Assembly: GCA_964106645.2 (NCBI GenBank)
Contig: OZ067039.1
Length of the DNA stretch: 64,000 nt
Source: Podarcis pityusensis
Lineage: Eukaryota
Strand: one strand, 5' to 3'
Numbering within the stretch: position 1 is the first letter of the stretch; each line of letters starts with the position of its first letter. The notes under the pieces were generated by a model. The model searched no databases. It was not told the origin of the DNA and saw nothing but the letters and a program-made list of their open reading frames with translations. The translations under genes and the position numbers were made by a program. Below are positions 34,394 to 46,580 of the stretch, piece by piece.

Positions 34394-35160
34394 CTGGGGT
34401 TACATTACAGGCACCGTATGCATAAGTGAAATAATGTATATTTGAAACACCACTGGAAAAGTCTGCAAACACCCTCTAACCTCTGGAAACCCCTGGAAAC
34501 CCCTTTAAACAACCAGCAGCACTTACCAGACGGGCATGAATGGTGGCAATAGTGGCTCTCAGTCTCCTTGCTCAAACGCTCCAAGGGCTCCTAGGATTGC
34601 ACTTGCAAAGGCTTGTGGGATTGCTAGGTGCTGTTTTTACACCTTTTTTGCCCTTTCTGCGCTCTTTTAGAGCTGTTTTTGCCATTTTTAAAGTCACTTC
34701 TGGGTTCGGCGCAATGGATTATGCATCAGTTGGATGTGTGTCAATTGGTTGTTGCCCATACTTCTAAGCACCTACACACTGCTGAGTGCAATTTTGCCCA
34801 TTTGTACAGTTCCTTTTAAATGTAGGGCACATAGTGCACTCTCTTAAAAAAGTGATATACATCTAGTATTAAGTTAAGAGTTCTGTGTGGGCACAACTGA
34901 GATGATAAACAGATGCCAAAGGTTACCTTACCAGCTGCACATTCACAGCCACACACATGTACTAGGCATGCCCAAGGTACACACTGCTTGTTTGGGTATG
35001 ATCGCCTGCACAGTTTGCTCAGAAATCATTTTTGTCAAGCAAAACACTCATATTTTCAAAAATAAAAATGAAAAAAGCTTCAAGGTGGAAGGTATGTGTG
35101 ATCAGATGTAACGTATTTGGAAAACAGCACTTTAAAAGATGTATAAATTGCAGGTGAAGC

Positions 35161-35272
35161 CAGTGCTATTTTTCTAGAGAAAAAAGTGTTGCCTCCCTTG
35201 TTCTCTTAGAATGGCACTTACCTGAGGTGCCGGAACTGAGTTCCTGTGAGCTCCGGCTGGAAAAAAGTCGTG
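35161..35272. mobile_element. Short hAT MITE
   Basis: CAGTGCTATTTTTC start; 8-bp TSD GGTGAAGC/GGTCAAGC. Confidence 0.65.
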
Positions 35273-35618
35273 GGTCAAGCACTGCCTTCTTACTGTGTTC
35301 CTATTTCCTTCCCTTTGGCTATCTGCCTGCAGTTACCTGAATACACTTTGATTCAAATGATTACAATGCTGCAAGTCCATTATGAATGAATTGTGGCTTA
35401 TCCTCCTCCTTCATCTGCAGCAACGAGAGCACATGTTGCTTTATCAAAAGAGAACTGAGGCGTTTTGTACATATTACAGTGAGTGAGGTGGTAGAATTCC
35501 ATTTACTGTGCCACTTCAGATTTCAGGTGTGGTTGGTGGGATGTCACATCTGAATGCTCACTCGGATAAAATAAAGTTCTTGTGTATGTAGTAAAACTCA
35601 CACGGGTGAGTTTTACTA

Positions 35619-35999
35619 GGGACGCGGGTGGTGCTGTGTTTTAAACCACTGAGCCTCTTGAGCTTGCCAATTGGAAGGTCAGTGGTTCGAACCCGTGCAA
35701 CGGGGTGAGCTCCTGTTGTCCTGTCTCAGCTTCTGCCAACCTAGCAGTTTGAAAGCATACCAGTGCAAGTAGATAAATATGTACCACTGCGATGAGAAAA
35801 ACGGTGTTTCTGTGCGCTCTGGCTTCCATCACGGTGTCTCGTTGCACCAGTAGTGGTTTAGTCCTGCTGGCCACATGACCTGGAAAGCTGTCTGTGGACA
35901 AACACCAGCTCCCTTGGCCTGAAGCAAGATGAGTGCCACACCCCATAGTCACCTTTGGACTTAATTGTCCAGGAGTTCTTTACCTTTACATTTATTACC
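35619..35999 (+). mobile_element. Sauria SINE (different, more diverged subfamily)
   Basis: GGGACGCGGGTGG head, degenerate ACCTTT tail, TSD TAAAACTCACAC (35592-35603 / 36000-36011). Confidence 0.9.
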
Positions 36000-37623
36000 T
36001 AAAACTCACACACCACAGAATTATGCTGAGAGGAAGTGAGCATTGCCAGAGAGGAGGAGGAGGGGTTACACTGAGGACCCCTTGAGCAACAGTCCCCCAA
36101 AACTGGACATGAGACTGATAGAGGTTGCTTCAACACTGCTCTTGGATGTACATTTGGAGTAATGTGAGACGTTTCGGTCTATGTGGGTGGAACAAGCACT
36201 CTTGTTTTTCCCTGCGTCTGTAGCAACTTTCTGGGAAGTAAGGTAATGTCTACTTTCAGGAACTAGGTTAAGCCTAGAGTGGTGTAGGCTGCATTGCAGT
36301 GTTTTATAGCATCACCCTCGCTGTTGGGCTGCCATCTTAAAAGTGTCTTGGGAAGTCCTACTTGCTGAGACATCATTCACCACATTTGAGAGTTTGTGTA
36401 GCTTCGCTAATGGGGGGTCATGCACAAACGGCTCTGGTAAATACTTGGCAAAGAAATAGCTCTCCCTTCTATTCTTCAGGGCTAATAACACAGGGAATTG
36501 TTTAAGAAGGTGGATGAGATATGTCTTCACTAAATATTGATTGAAGAGCCCACAATATTTGCTTCTTTTACTTCTGCACAGCTTAAGGTGTGTGCTTGTT
36601 TGCAAATGGAGGGATCAGGTCCCCGGAGTCCTGTTATTTGTAAAGGGAACAATGCTCTTCCCGTGAGATTTCACAGGAATTAGAACAGCTCATTTACACT
36701 TGTCGGAAACCTCCCAGGAAGTGTATTTGGCCATGTGTGAGTACAGCCACTCAAGGGCAATTCCTTCTTTAGAGTTAGCTATGCACGCTTCAGTAATGAG
36801 GTGCGAATTAGCACTATTGCTGACATCTTTACTGCATCCTTCAGGACCTGGACACTTGTATATCATTCAGAGCCTTCCATCCTCAGTCACAAAATTGGAG
36901 TTCTGCATATACTTGACATCATAAACAATATTTCAGGGGATATGAGGCATGTGTTGTAGTCAGGCACATTGAATTAACTGTCAACAGACTTCTTTAGCTT
37001 TCAGGCTATAACATCTATTTGGCCTAGGAGAAAACCTGGGGTAGGCCTGGTTCAAGACCTCTGCCAGTGAACCATACAGAATCCTGTTTAACAAAACAAA
37101 TTAAGCCTGCAATTCTATGCATGAGTGTTCAGCAACCTGGTACCCTCCAACTGTAGTCCATAGCAGGGGCTAATGGGAGTTGTAGTCCAAAACTTCTAGA
37201 AAGCACCAGGGAGTTCTAGAACACCATGAGGTTCTAGAATGCACTGATGGGCGTTGCAGTCCAGAGCTCCTAGAGCGCGCCAGCTGGGGACGGTTGCTTT
37301 GTACACCAACTTGTAAGCCCCATTGAATTTAATGGGACTAATTTATGAAGAAGCTTGCATAGGATTATTTTGCTACTTATGAACACGTGTGTGGAGCCTG
37401 AATTTCATGGTTAAGGTTCCACATACAACACAAGGCAAGCATAAGTTATTGATATCTAGTATGGTATGGTGTCCTCTCTCACAGTAATGTAGATGGAATA
37501 GATGCAAAGATGGCACAGAAGTCAAGTGTGTGTTTGTGCGGAGTGTATTTCCCCCAGATCAAGCAGGGAAAGAAGAAAATGAAAAGGAGTATGCTGCATT
37601 TCTCTGAAAACTTTGGTTGTTTG

Positions 37624-37626
<3 letters not shown>

Positions 37627-37690
<64 letters not shown>
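37627..37690. repeat. (CT)n(CA)n compound microsatellite
   Basis: Direct inspection; other simple repeats at 18137-18180 (GA), 43110-43141 (TG), 51877-51902 (TG). Confidence 0.95.
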
Positions 37691-37696
37691 TATGAA

Positions 37697-37841
37697 GGAG
37701 ATAGTTCAGTCTGGAGAGCATGAGATTCTTAATCTCAGGGTCATGGGTCCGAGCCCTACATTGGGTAAAATATCCCTGCATTTCAGGGATGGACTAGATG
37801 ACCCTCATGGTCCCTTCCAACTCTACAATACTGTGTTTCTA
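37697..37841 (+). mobile_element. tRNA(Lys)-like head SINE with CR1-derived tail
   Basis: TAGTTCAGTC...AGAGCATGAGATTCTTAATCTCAGGGTC head; GGACTAGATGACCC...TTCCAACTCTACAAT tail shared with the CR1 at 2555-2818. Confidence 0.75.
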
Positions 37842-39361
37842 TTTATTCAGGCAGCCAGATAATTATTTGAATTGCCTCGTGTAATACAGGGCCATTATAT
37901 TACATTGGCAATTGCAGAGTTATTTATTGTAAAATATTGTAAAAAAACAGTTACACAGCATTAAAATATAAACATCCATACTTAAAATATACAACAACAC
38001 AATCCTATTAAAACACTGAAATGTAAACATGATAGTTAAAATACACAATAAAAGAATCCTAATTTTAAAAACACAGGAATCAAAACAGAAGATTCGGATC
38101 AAGAGATCAAAAGAATGCCTGTGTAAATAATAATTATTATTGGTAATTAAATTTCTATCCCGCCCTTCCTCCCAAAGGAGCCCAAGGCAGCAAGCAATAC
38201 AAACATTATTATTTTTCAAATCAACTTTTCATCTAAAACATACCTATCAGGTCTTTCAGGGTGTAGTCAGAGGGAATCCAGGAATCAGGAATTGTGCCAG
38301 GGAATGAGAGGCAAAGGTCTGAGCCAGAAGTCAGAACCAAAGAACTCACTGGAACTGGGAAGACCGTAGCTGTTGCTGTACACACAAAAGCCAAGCTCAG
38401 CCAGGAAGCCCTTGATGGTTAACCCTCCTGGTCTCGGAAGGACCAATGGGCAGCCTGGGTGCCCTGGAAGATTTCCCACTCTCTGAATGTTCTGAGACAG
38501 CATGCTAAATTTATTTTTAATATTGCATTTAAATATCCAGTTTAAGAAAAAAGAGAGAGGCTACTTTAAATACATATTTTGAGTCAAAATATGTATTTTG
38601 AGATGAAGCACGCATTTAAAAATTGTTTTGAAATGCCTACTTTAATGCACAGGATTAAAAAAATGTGTAGGCGAATTCAGAAATGGAATGGAATTATGGA
38701 TAAAAAACATATGAAAGTGGCACAGGAAGGAAAAAGGTCAAACTTGCCCATGCTTATAACTTAGCACTTCTTCTGTTATCCATTTACGATTTCAGAAAGT
38801 GAGGTCCGATAGGATTTAACTGTGATTGTCCTGTGCAGAATGTCATGGGCTGACTTGCAGAAATAACATGACAACCCACATTTGCACTCTAGCCCTGTTC
38901 TACTTTTCTTTTAAAACAGCAGTTGCTATAGTTCCAGCTTTGGCAGAAACGTCTTCCCAATAAATCCCTGTTTTAAAGAGGGAGCCGTTACAAGGCAGTT
39001 GCTCTGATTTCACATCACGCCGGAGCTTGGCAGGCAGCCGTCCATCTGCAGAAACCATCTCCTCTTCGGTCCTCTGAGCATTAGCAGAGTGTGCACAGCT
39101 TTTCACACTGGAGAATTATCAGCACAGATGCAACGTCCTTAAATTGCTTTTTATGGCTTTTAAAGACAATGGGGCATTATTGCAATGCAGGATGGAGCGA
39201 AAAAGCCAAAAAGCCAAAATGCTTCAGCTCTGCAGGTACACACAACGAATGCCAAAGAACCCAATGCAAAGCTGCTGGTCCCCGCCCCGATTTCTTGATA
39301 TGTTTGGTTTTCATTTTCTGCCTCAGTCCCACCCCAGCACTGCCACATTTCTTCATAATAC

Positions 39362-39699
39362 AATAATAATAATTTATTATTTATACCCCACTCATCTGGC
39401 TGGGTTTCCCCAGCCACTCTGAGCAGCTTCCAACAAAATATTAAAAATACAATAAAGCATCAGACATTAAAAACTTCCCTAAACAGGGCTGCCTTCAGAT
39501 GTCTTCTAAAAGTCAGATAGTTGTTTATTTCCTTGACATCTGATGGGAGGGCGTTTCACAGGGCGGGTGCCACTACCGAGAAGGCCCTCTGCCTAGTTCC
39601 CTGTAACTTTGCTTCCCACAGTGAGGGAACTGCCAGAAGGCCCTCGGAGCTGGACCTCAGTGTCTGGGGGTGGAGATGCTCCTTCAGGTATACTGGGCC
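39362..39699 (-). mobile_element. L2 LINE 3' fragment
   Basis: Translates to TLRSSSEGLLAVP...RAFSVVAPAL, followed by 3' UTR and tail. Confidence 0.85.
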
Positions 39700-40560
39700 C
39701 TCCCCCAAGCTTCCCCTGCTCCCTTCAGCATTCGCACGTAAGAAAAGTGAAGGATGCAGAAGTTCCTCCTTGGTCACGTGTGATTTCTTGGGTAGAACCA
39801 GCCCTTCCTCCCCCACAACACTTCACACTGGCTGACCGGCTTGAAAAGAGAAAAAGGGGAATGCATGGCTGGGCCCTTGGAGACACAGGTCCCAGGAATC
39901 ATATGTCAGAACCAGAGGTGGGTTATAGGGAAACTTTGCCTGCAGGCCAAATGCAGCCCTCCAGGCCACTCTGTCTGGTCCTCAGGCTCCTCCCAGGGCC
40001 ATGACCCTCACCAGCTTTGCTCTGCATCCTCTTCAAGGTTTTTTTTTTTTACAGCTTGGAATGTTTCCTTCAACTGTGATGATGCTTCTTGCTTAACAGG
40101 ATTAAGATTTTTGTTTTGTTTTGCATAGCAGCATAGAAACCTCTGGCTTTTGCACAGATGGTCATTCTTTAAGGCAGTTTGCTCCACTGCTTAACTTTCC
40201 CAGCATTTCTGATATGTGAGGTGCACTTGTTTCTCTGAATTAAAGTCAGAGACACTGATATTCTATTATTGTCAGTATACTGGTGGTTGCTGGTTTAGCT
40301 GGTCAGTCAAAGTTGTTCCTGGGGTGTGGGTGCTGTTCAGGGCTGGATTTAGGTTTGATGAGGCCCTAAGCTACTGAAGGTAATGGGGCCCTTTATATGT
40401 CCAGCTGTCCTTTGTCAACAACAAATTGTCACTGCTTTTTGTGTTGAATATATGCTATATGGTAATTTATGAACCTAATAGGCATCTAAAGCCATTTGCA
40501 CATAACAAAAATGTGTTTTATCAAAGTAATTGTTGAACTGAAATACAACTAAGAAGTATA

Positions 40561-40917
40561 AAGGTAAAGGTAAAGGGACCCCTGACCATTAGGTGCAGTC
40601 GTGGCTGACTCTGGGGTTGCGGCGCTCATATCGCTTTATTGGCCAAGGGAGCCAGCGTGCAGCTTCTGGGTCATGTGGCCAGCATGACTAAGCCGTTTCT
40701 GGCGAACCAGGGCAGCGCACGGAAACGCCGTTTACCTTCCCGCTGGAGCGGTACCTATTTATCTACTTGCACTTTGACATGCTTTAGAACTGCTAGGTAG
40801 GCAGGAGCAGGGACCGAGCAATGGGAGCTCACCCCATCGTGGGGATTCGAACCGCCGATCTTCTGATAGGCAAGCCCTAGGCTCTGTGGTTTAACCCACA
40901 GCGCCATCCATGTCCCC
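40561..40917 (-). mobile_element. Sauria SINE nested in the hAT MITE
   Basis: (AAAGGT)n tail, TSD AAGAAGTATA. Confidence 0.9.
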
Positions 40918-40998
40918 AAGAAGAAGTATATTAATAGTGAAATACAATTAAGAAGTATATTTTTTGGGTCCTCCAAGAGAGTGGGGCCCTAAGCTATA

Positions 40999-41117
40999 CA
41001 GTGATATCTCTAGTTGCAGACACGATTCTTTCCGGGGTGCCATTCACACCCCAAAAGGTCTGCAACTAGAGTGGTGCTTCTGTGCACTTCGCAAGCCGAA
41101 AAGACACAACATGACTG
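40999..41117. mobile_element. Degenerate Tc1/mariner MITE nested in the hAT MITE
   Basis: TA|CAGTGAT...ATGACTG|TA; host sequence rejoins as AAGCTATAGCTT. Confidence 0.65.
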
Positions 41118-42327
41118 TAGCTTGTTTAACTTATACGTAAATCCAGCACTGGTGCTGTCGCATGCTGACAGCTTCTAGGAGCCATCGGTGAGAGCTCAAT
41201 GCAGGGTGAAGAAAAGGCTAAGGCGTAAACCCTACACAAATCCAGAGTGGAGTCCCTAAGACGGTTGGCTGGCGCCTTGTGTTCCTCCTTCTGGCAACTT
41301 GTGTAGCCAAGCTGGTATTGCTCAGCTTTCCTTTGGACCACATCAGTGAGGCTGAGAGGGAGGTCTTATAATCTGGGCAGCCCAGAACCTTCATACACAC
41401 TGCCCATGGTTGTGCCCTTGGAAGGTCAGTTCAGTACTGCTAACAGAGTGGTTTGACTTCACCCCTGGAGGTGCATTCAATTGTTTCTCAAGACAGACGA
41501 ATGCCAACAACAACTGGTGGTTGCTTTGACCAGGCTTCAGCCATTAAGATCCAAAGGCTTTTTACACATGGCATTCTATCAATGGAGGCTGGGTACATGT
41601 TTTTTCTATGTACACACACAATTGAGATCTGGTTTCATTGCAAAAATAAAAGGTAATTGCAGATTAATTCTGTGTTACCCTGCAGTGTATCCATTTGAAT
41701 ATGGATGAAAACAGATGTTGTCAGTCCTGGCAATGGGTGTGTGTGTGATGTTGTGAGTGGGTGTATACCAAGATCACAATCACCACTTCCTTCTCCATTC
41801 ACTTGGGGAAAGCACAGAGAGGAAAAGGCATGGAGGATTTGCAAATATATAGCAAGGAATCACACCCTGCATACATTCCCCTTGCAGTGGCCTGGACACT
41901 CCTCATGCCTCAGCAGAATTGGGATTTGCATCAACTTTCTGGCCTCAGAACAGAAAACTTGAAAATGACTTACACGCTGAAAAATCCAGTCTCCGAGGCC
42001 GGGAATGTGCAGATCTTGAAATCCTTTGCTATGACAGAAAACCACAGCGAATCAGCAAGCTAGAGGGAAATGGAACAAATGTAGCAGCTTGTAGTTTTCT
42101 TCTCCCAGGTCTTCCCCTGCCTCACTTCCCTGTGAGAAACTTTGTCAAGGGAAAACCCAACATGCTTCTGCAGAAGGAAAGTTGAGCTTTCTCCTTTTTA
42201 AAGGAGCTTCTCTCATCTTCTGACTCCTGAACACTGTCTCTATCAGGCTCATGCCGGCACCTGCCATGATAAATAAACTGCATCAGGAATTGTCTTCTGG
42301 CCTCCTTAGCTGGTAGAGGGTAGTTTT

Positions 42328-42519
42328 GGGGAAGGTCTGTAGCTCAGTGGTAGAGCATCTCCTCCTCATGCAAAAGGTCCCAGGTTTGGTCCTCAGCATC
42401 TCCAGGTAGGACTGGGAATGTCCCATGTCGAAAATGATGGAGAGCTGCTGTCAGTCAGTGCAAACAATATGCCGAGCTAGGTGGATTAGACCCGACTCAG
42501 AATAAGACAGTTTCATAGG
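42328..42519 (+). mobile_element. tRNA-derived SINE; related copies near 45610-45750, 52400-52550 and 55470-55640
   Basis: TAGCTCAGTGGTAGAGCA A-box, degenerate B-box, non-tRNA body. Confidence 0.7.
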
Positions 42520-43107
42520 TCTCTGTGTTCAGGGTAATAGAAAGAAGCAATAGCAAAAAAATCAGAATAATTTCACAACATTGTGCCTGCTCTTTGAAAG
42601 CCCGGTAAACGTCTCTTTTTTCCCCAAAGGCAAGAGTCAAACATGAAACTTGCCAACCTTTCCTTTCCTTTCCACCTATAGAGGCAACTTTTGTCTTTTG
42701 CCCCATAACCTGGGTTCATGCCTTCTGCTTTCCTTTGTACCCACCATTTATGCTTGATCATAAGGGCAAGAAAAGTAGAGATTTTGGAACCCCAAAAAGA
42801 AACCTTGACCTGTTTTTATGCAACAGCTCACATCTGGGACTTGTGGAACTGGATTTAGACTGACATTAGTTAGATTCCTCTTTTGATATTTTATTTAAAT
42901 GAATGTGGTTAGAATGATCTTTGGCTGGTAGCAACTGCAGTACCAGCTGAATAAATGAACAGGCTGCCCAGGGAAATTTTGGAATATTTCTCTTGAGGTT
43001 TTGAAACACGAGTCATGAGGAGCATTGGGCAGGGTTGTTTGAAGGTTAATAGATCCTTATCTTGATGTTGACAAAAACCAGGATGTTTTTATTGAAGTCC
43101 CCATAAG

Positions 43108-43143
<36 letters not shown>

Positions 43144-44375
43144 TGGTTAGGGTGTCAGTGGAAGGTCTGTTCTGCTATGCAAGGAGAAATCCTTGTGCAT
43201 ACGGAATGATAGACTTAGCACTACATTGAATTCCACCTACAGAATATAATTTTGCTGAGCTGAAATACCTAGAACAAGAATTCCATGCTGTTGGTTGCCA
43301 AGACAGTCCATTCAAAGATCTGATTCCTCCAAAATCATACACCAAAAAAAACAACAACATGCATTCCAACCCAAGGACCAGTCACAGATCCAAGGAGAAA
43401 TGCTATGTGCACGGGAATATTTACTTAGATTTCCCCCCCCCCTTAGATTTACTTAGATTTTTTCCCCCTGGCACAGACTTGGAGATTTTTCTTCTTCTTT
43501 AAGTAAGGGTAAAGTTTACCAATACCAATACCTATGATGGCCAAGGGCAAGGAGATAACCCAGAAGTTAGTTTATGAAAAGTGAGCATCCACCAACTCTA
43601 GCTGCCGACCTTCGCTCCGTTCCATGTGGGTTGGGTTTCTGTGCTAGATGGCTGCATTTTACAGACATCTGGATTCAATAATCCAGTTGATACAGGCCAT
43701 AAAATTAGAAACTGAACACTCCAGAAGGCAGAGGTCAGCCAGTGATTCATTGTGATCTAATGTGCTGGGCAGCAGCTCTTTGTGGTCGGGTAACAGGCTG
43801 TGTGAGGAACGGAAGGGCGGAACAGGGGAGAGGGATCAGCCCATGCCTCTTGTCATGCATTTTCTTGACCCCAAATACTGGAAATGGGGACCAACCTTTT
43901 TATAACCCTATCTAGTTAACACATCCACCCAACCACCTTTATTCAAAACAGCCGGGTAGCTTGCAAACAAAGCAGACTTTGCTGCGGTTTCATTTAGTCT
44001 GTAGCCTTGATCCTGACTTTGGTGCTCAGGAAATTCTGCTGGAAAGGTACATAGTCCTTGGCCCAGCTTTCTAACCCCCCCAATGCCCTTTGTGGTTCAT
44101 TGTACTTTCATCCCTCTTTGTCAGCTGAAGCTGGGCCTGGCCTCTTAATAAAGAGCTCATGGAGACCAACTCATGCAGATCAGTGACCTCAAAATGCCCT
44201 CTGGCCACCTTGTAAGTCTGTCTCCAGACAGGACAGGAAAGAGGGGGCGCAATTCCTTTCCCCATCTTCAGTGTATACTTATGAACGTAAGTGTGCGTTC
44301 CAACACAGGTTGAATGGCAAGCACAGAAGTAGGAGGTGTCTCTGTGTTATATTGGTCTGTATCCATTGATATATA

Positions 44376-44744
44376 GGGACACGGGTGGCGCTGTGGGTAA
44401 AACCTCAAGTGCCTAGGACTTGCTGATCGCATGGTCGGCGGTTTGAATCCCCGCGGCGGGGTGAGCTCCCGTTGTTTCGGTCCCAGGTCCTGCCCACCTA
44501 GCAGTTCGAAAGCACCCTTAAGTGCAAGTAGATAAATAGGTACCGCTTTATAGCGGGAAGGTAAACGGCGTTTCTGTGTGCTGCGCTGGTGCTGGCTCGC
44601 CAGCTGCAGCTTCGTCACGCTGGCCACGTGACCCGGAAATGTCTTCAGATGGCGCTGGCTCACGGCCTCTTGAGCGAGATGAGCACGCAACCCTAGAGTC
44701 GGACACGACTGGCCCGTACGGGCAGGGGTACCTTTACCTTTACC
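44376..44744 (+). mobile_element. Full-length Sauria SINE
   Basis: Head, core and (ACCTTT)n tail; TSD TATCCATTGATATA. Confidence 0.92.
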
Positions 44745-44763
44745 TATCCATTGATATAAAGTA

Positions 44764-45023
44764 CAGTCATACCTCATGTTATGTTTGCTTCATGTTACGT
44801 TCTTTCAGGTTATGTCCCGCGGCTACCTGGAAGTACTGGAAAGGGTTACTTCCGGGTTTTGCCACTCGCGCATGCGCAGAAGCGCAAAATGATGTCACAT
44901 GCATGTGCAGAAGTGCCAAATCGCAACCTGTGCGTGTGCAGATGCGCCGCTATGGGTTGCGCTCTTTTCATGTTGCAAACAGGCCTCTGGAACGGATCCC
45001 GTTCGCAACCAGAGGTACCACTG
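44764..45023. mobile_element. Tc1/mariner MITE
   Basis: TA|CAGTCATACCTC...GAGGTACCACTG|TA. Confidence 0.8.
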
Positions 45024-46149
45024 TAGAAGGGTGTGACATTGTGCAGATGGCGTGTTCCTTTTCTGGAGAAATTACATACTGTACATGGTTTTTTGGTGTG
45101 TTTTTTTAAAAGCAGCTCAACCAGAAAAGTGCAGCACTCTTGGAAGGAAAGGATTCTGCAGCCAGTTCTTTTTTCAAAGCCACACTTCATCCGCCCTGGG
45201 AGGAACTCACCACAGTCGCTGGCTGACCTCCACAGCACCCGTGGCCACAGCCAACCTTATGAATGTGCTGTCGCAGCAGCAATTTGCTGGTGGTCGCAAA
45301 TGTCCCTGCTTAGTCTTCCAGCGATGTCTTCCAGAGCCAGCGCCTCCATCAAGGGCAAACGGATGCCTCCAATCTGAAACAATGTCCTGGTAGCTGTAAC
45401 TTGCACCAAGAGGTCCTGCGAAGATTTAGGCTAGAATTAGCTTCTGTCAAATTGGTACTTACTTTTTGCTCTCCCTGACACTTTTGCCCTGCTATATGTC
45501 TCCGATCTGGCTTAGTTCCCCCACATATATCAAGCATTGCAGTGGCTCATTTGCTTATAGTCTAGGCCAGAAGGAGACACTGGATTTGAAATCTGTTATG
45601 TTTTTAAGATGGAAAGGCCATAGCTCAGTGTTTGAGCATATGCTTTCAGTGAAGAATATCCCAGATTTCATCTCTGGCTAGCAGGGACTCCTGTCTGAAA
45701 TCCTGGAGAGCTACTACCAGCCAATGGCAATAGTCATGAGCTAAAGGGAATAAATGAGGTACTAGGGAATAATAATAAAGTTGGATAGATCACCCAGTCC
45801 ACATCCCTACATTATTTTGACTTCAAGAATACCCACCAGATACTTCAGAAAATTCCCCTGTGCACATAACCACTTTATTTCATTGTTTTAAGTCTGGGTG
45901 CTTCCAGGCTGTCAATATTTCTTGAGAGGGATCCAAATGCATTCCAGAACTTTAGATTTGCGTCATTTAAGTTGCCATAGTGCAACAAATCTACTTTTAA
46001 AAAAAGAATAAGACATTTTGCGAGTTTGGAAAACAATGAGGAAATGCATTGAAAAGCACAGGATGACTAATGGGAAGATGTACAAACACCACACAAGCTT
46101 TGTGGCAGCAAAACAGGTGGAATGCTCAACAACCAGCTTGTCTGTTAAA

Positions 46150-46580
46150 GTTTGGTTTGTCTCTCTCATTTTCCCAGTCTTAAGTTCAGTTCTCAACATT
46201 TCCACATCAGTTTCCAATTCTTTAAAATAAAAAAGTTATCATGACAATTCATCAGCATTTTGGTACGGATTTCCCCAATACAGTATACACATATTTGTTT
46301 GCAATTTTGCCTTATATATATATATATATATATTTGCAAGCAATTTGCCATAATATAAGGCATTACTGTATGTTATTTCACTAATTCCATGCATTTTAAT
46401 CCATACGTTACCCCAGTATATGCATTTTTTGTACACACTGCATCCCTGGAGAACTGAACTGCAAAATTCAGAGAAATGCGAATTTCAAAAGAGGGCTGCA
46501 TTTTGATTCACATACTGTTTTGGAAATTAGGTAGGTTCACCTTTTAGTTTGAACTGAATTGAATTTCTCCACCAACCCTT
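46150..46580. mobile_element. Probable old non-autonomous DNA element (related fragment about 38500-38760)
   Basis: AT-rich body ending GAACTGAATTGAATTTCTCCACCAACCCT; family recognised by resemblance only. Confidence 0.4.

Larger units (their letters stand above)
40338..41151. mobile_element. hAT MITE hosting two nested insertions
   Basis: TIR CAGGGCTGGATTTA / TAAATCCAGCACTG; 8-bp TSD GTGCTGTT/GTGCTGTC. Confidence 0.85.

Noticed and set aside
42328-42410. tRNA-like sequences (also 37697-37770 and the Sauria SINE heads)
   Set aside because: SINE heads with broken cloverleaf and attached SINE bodies, not tRNA genes.
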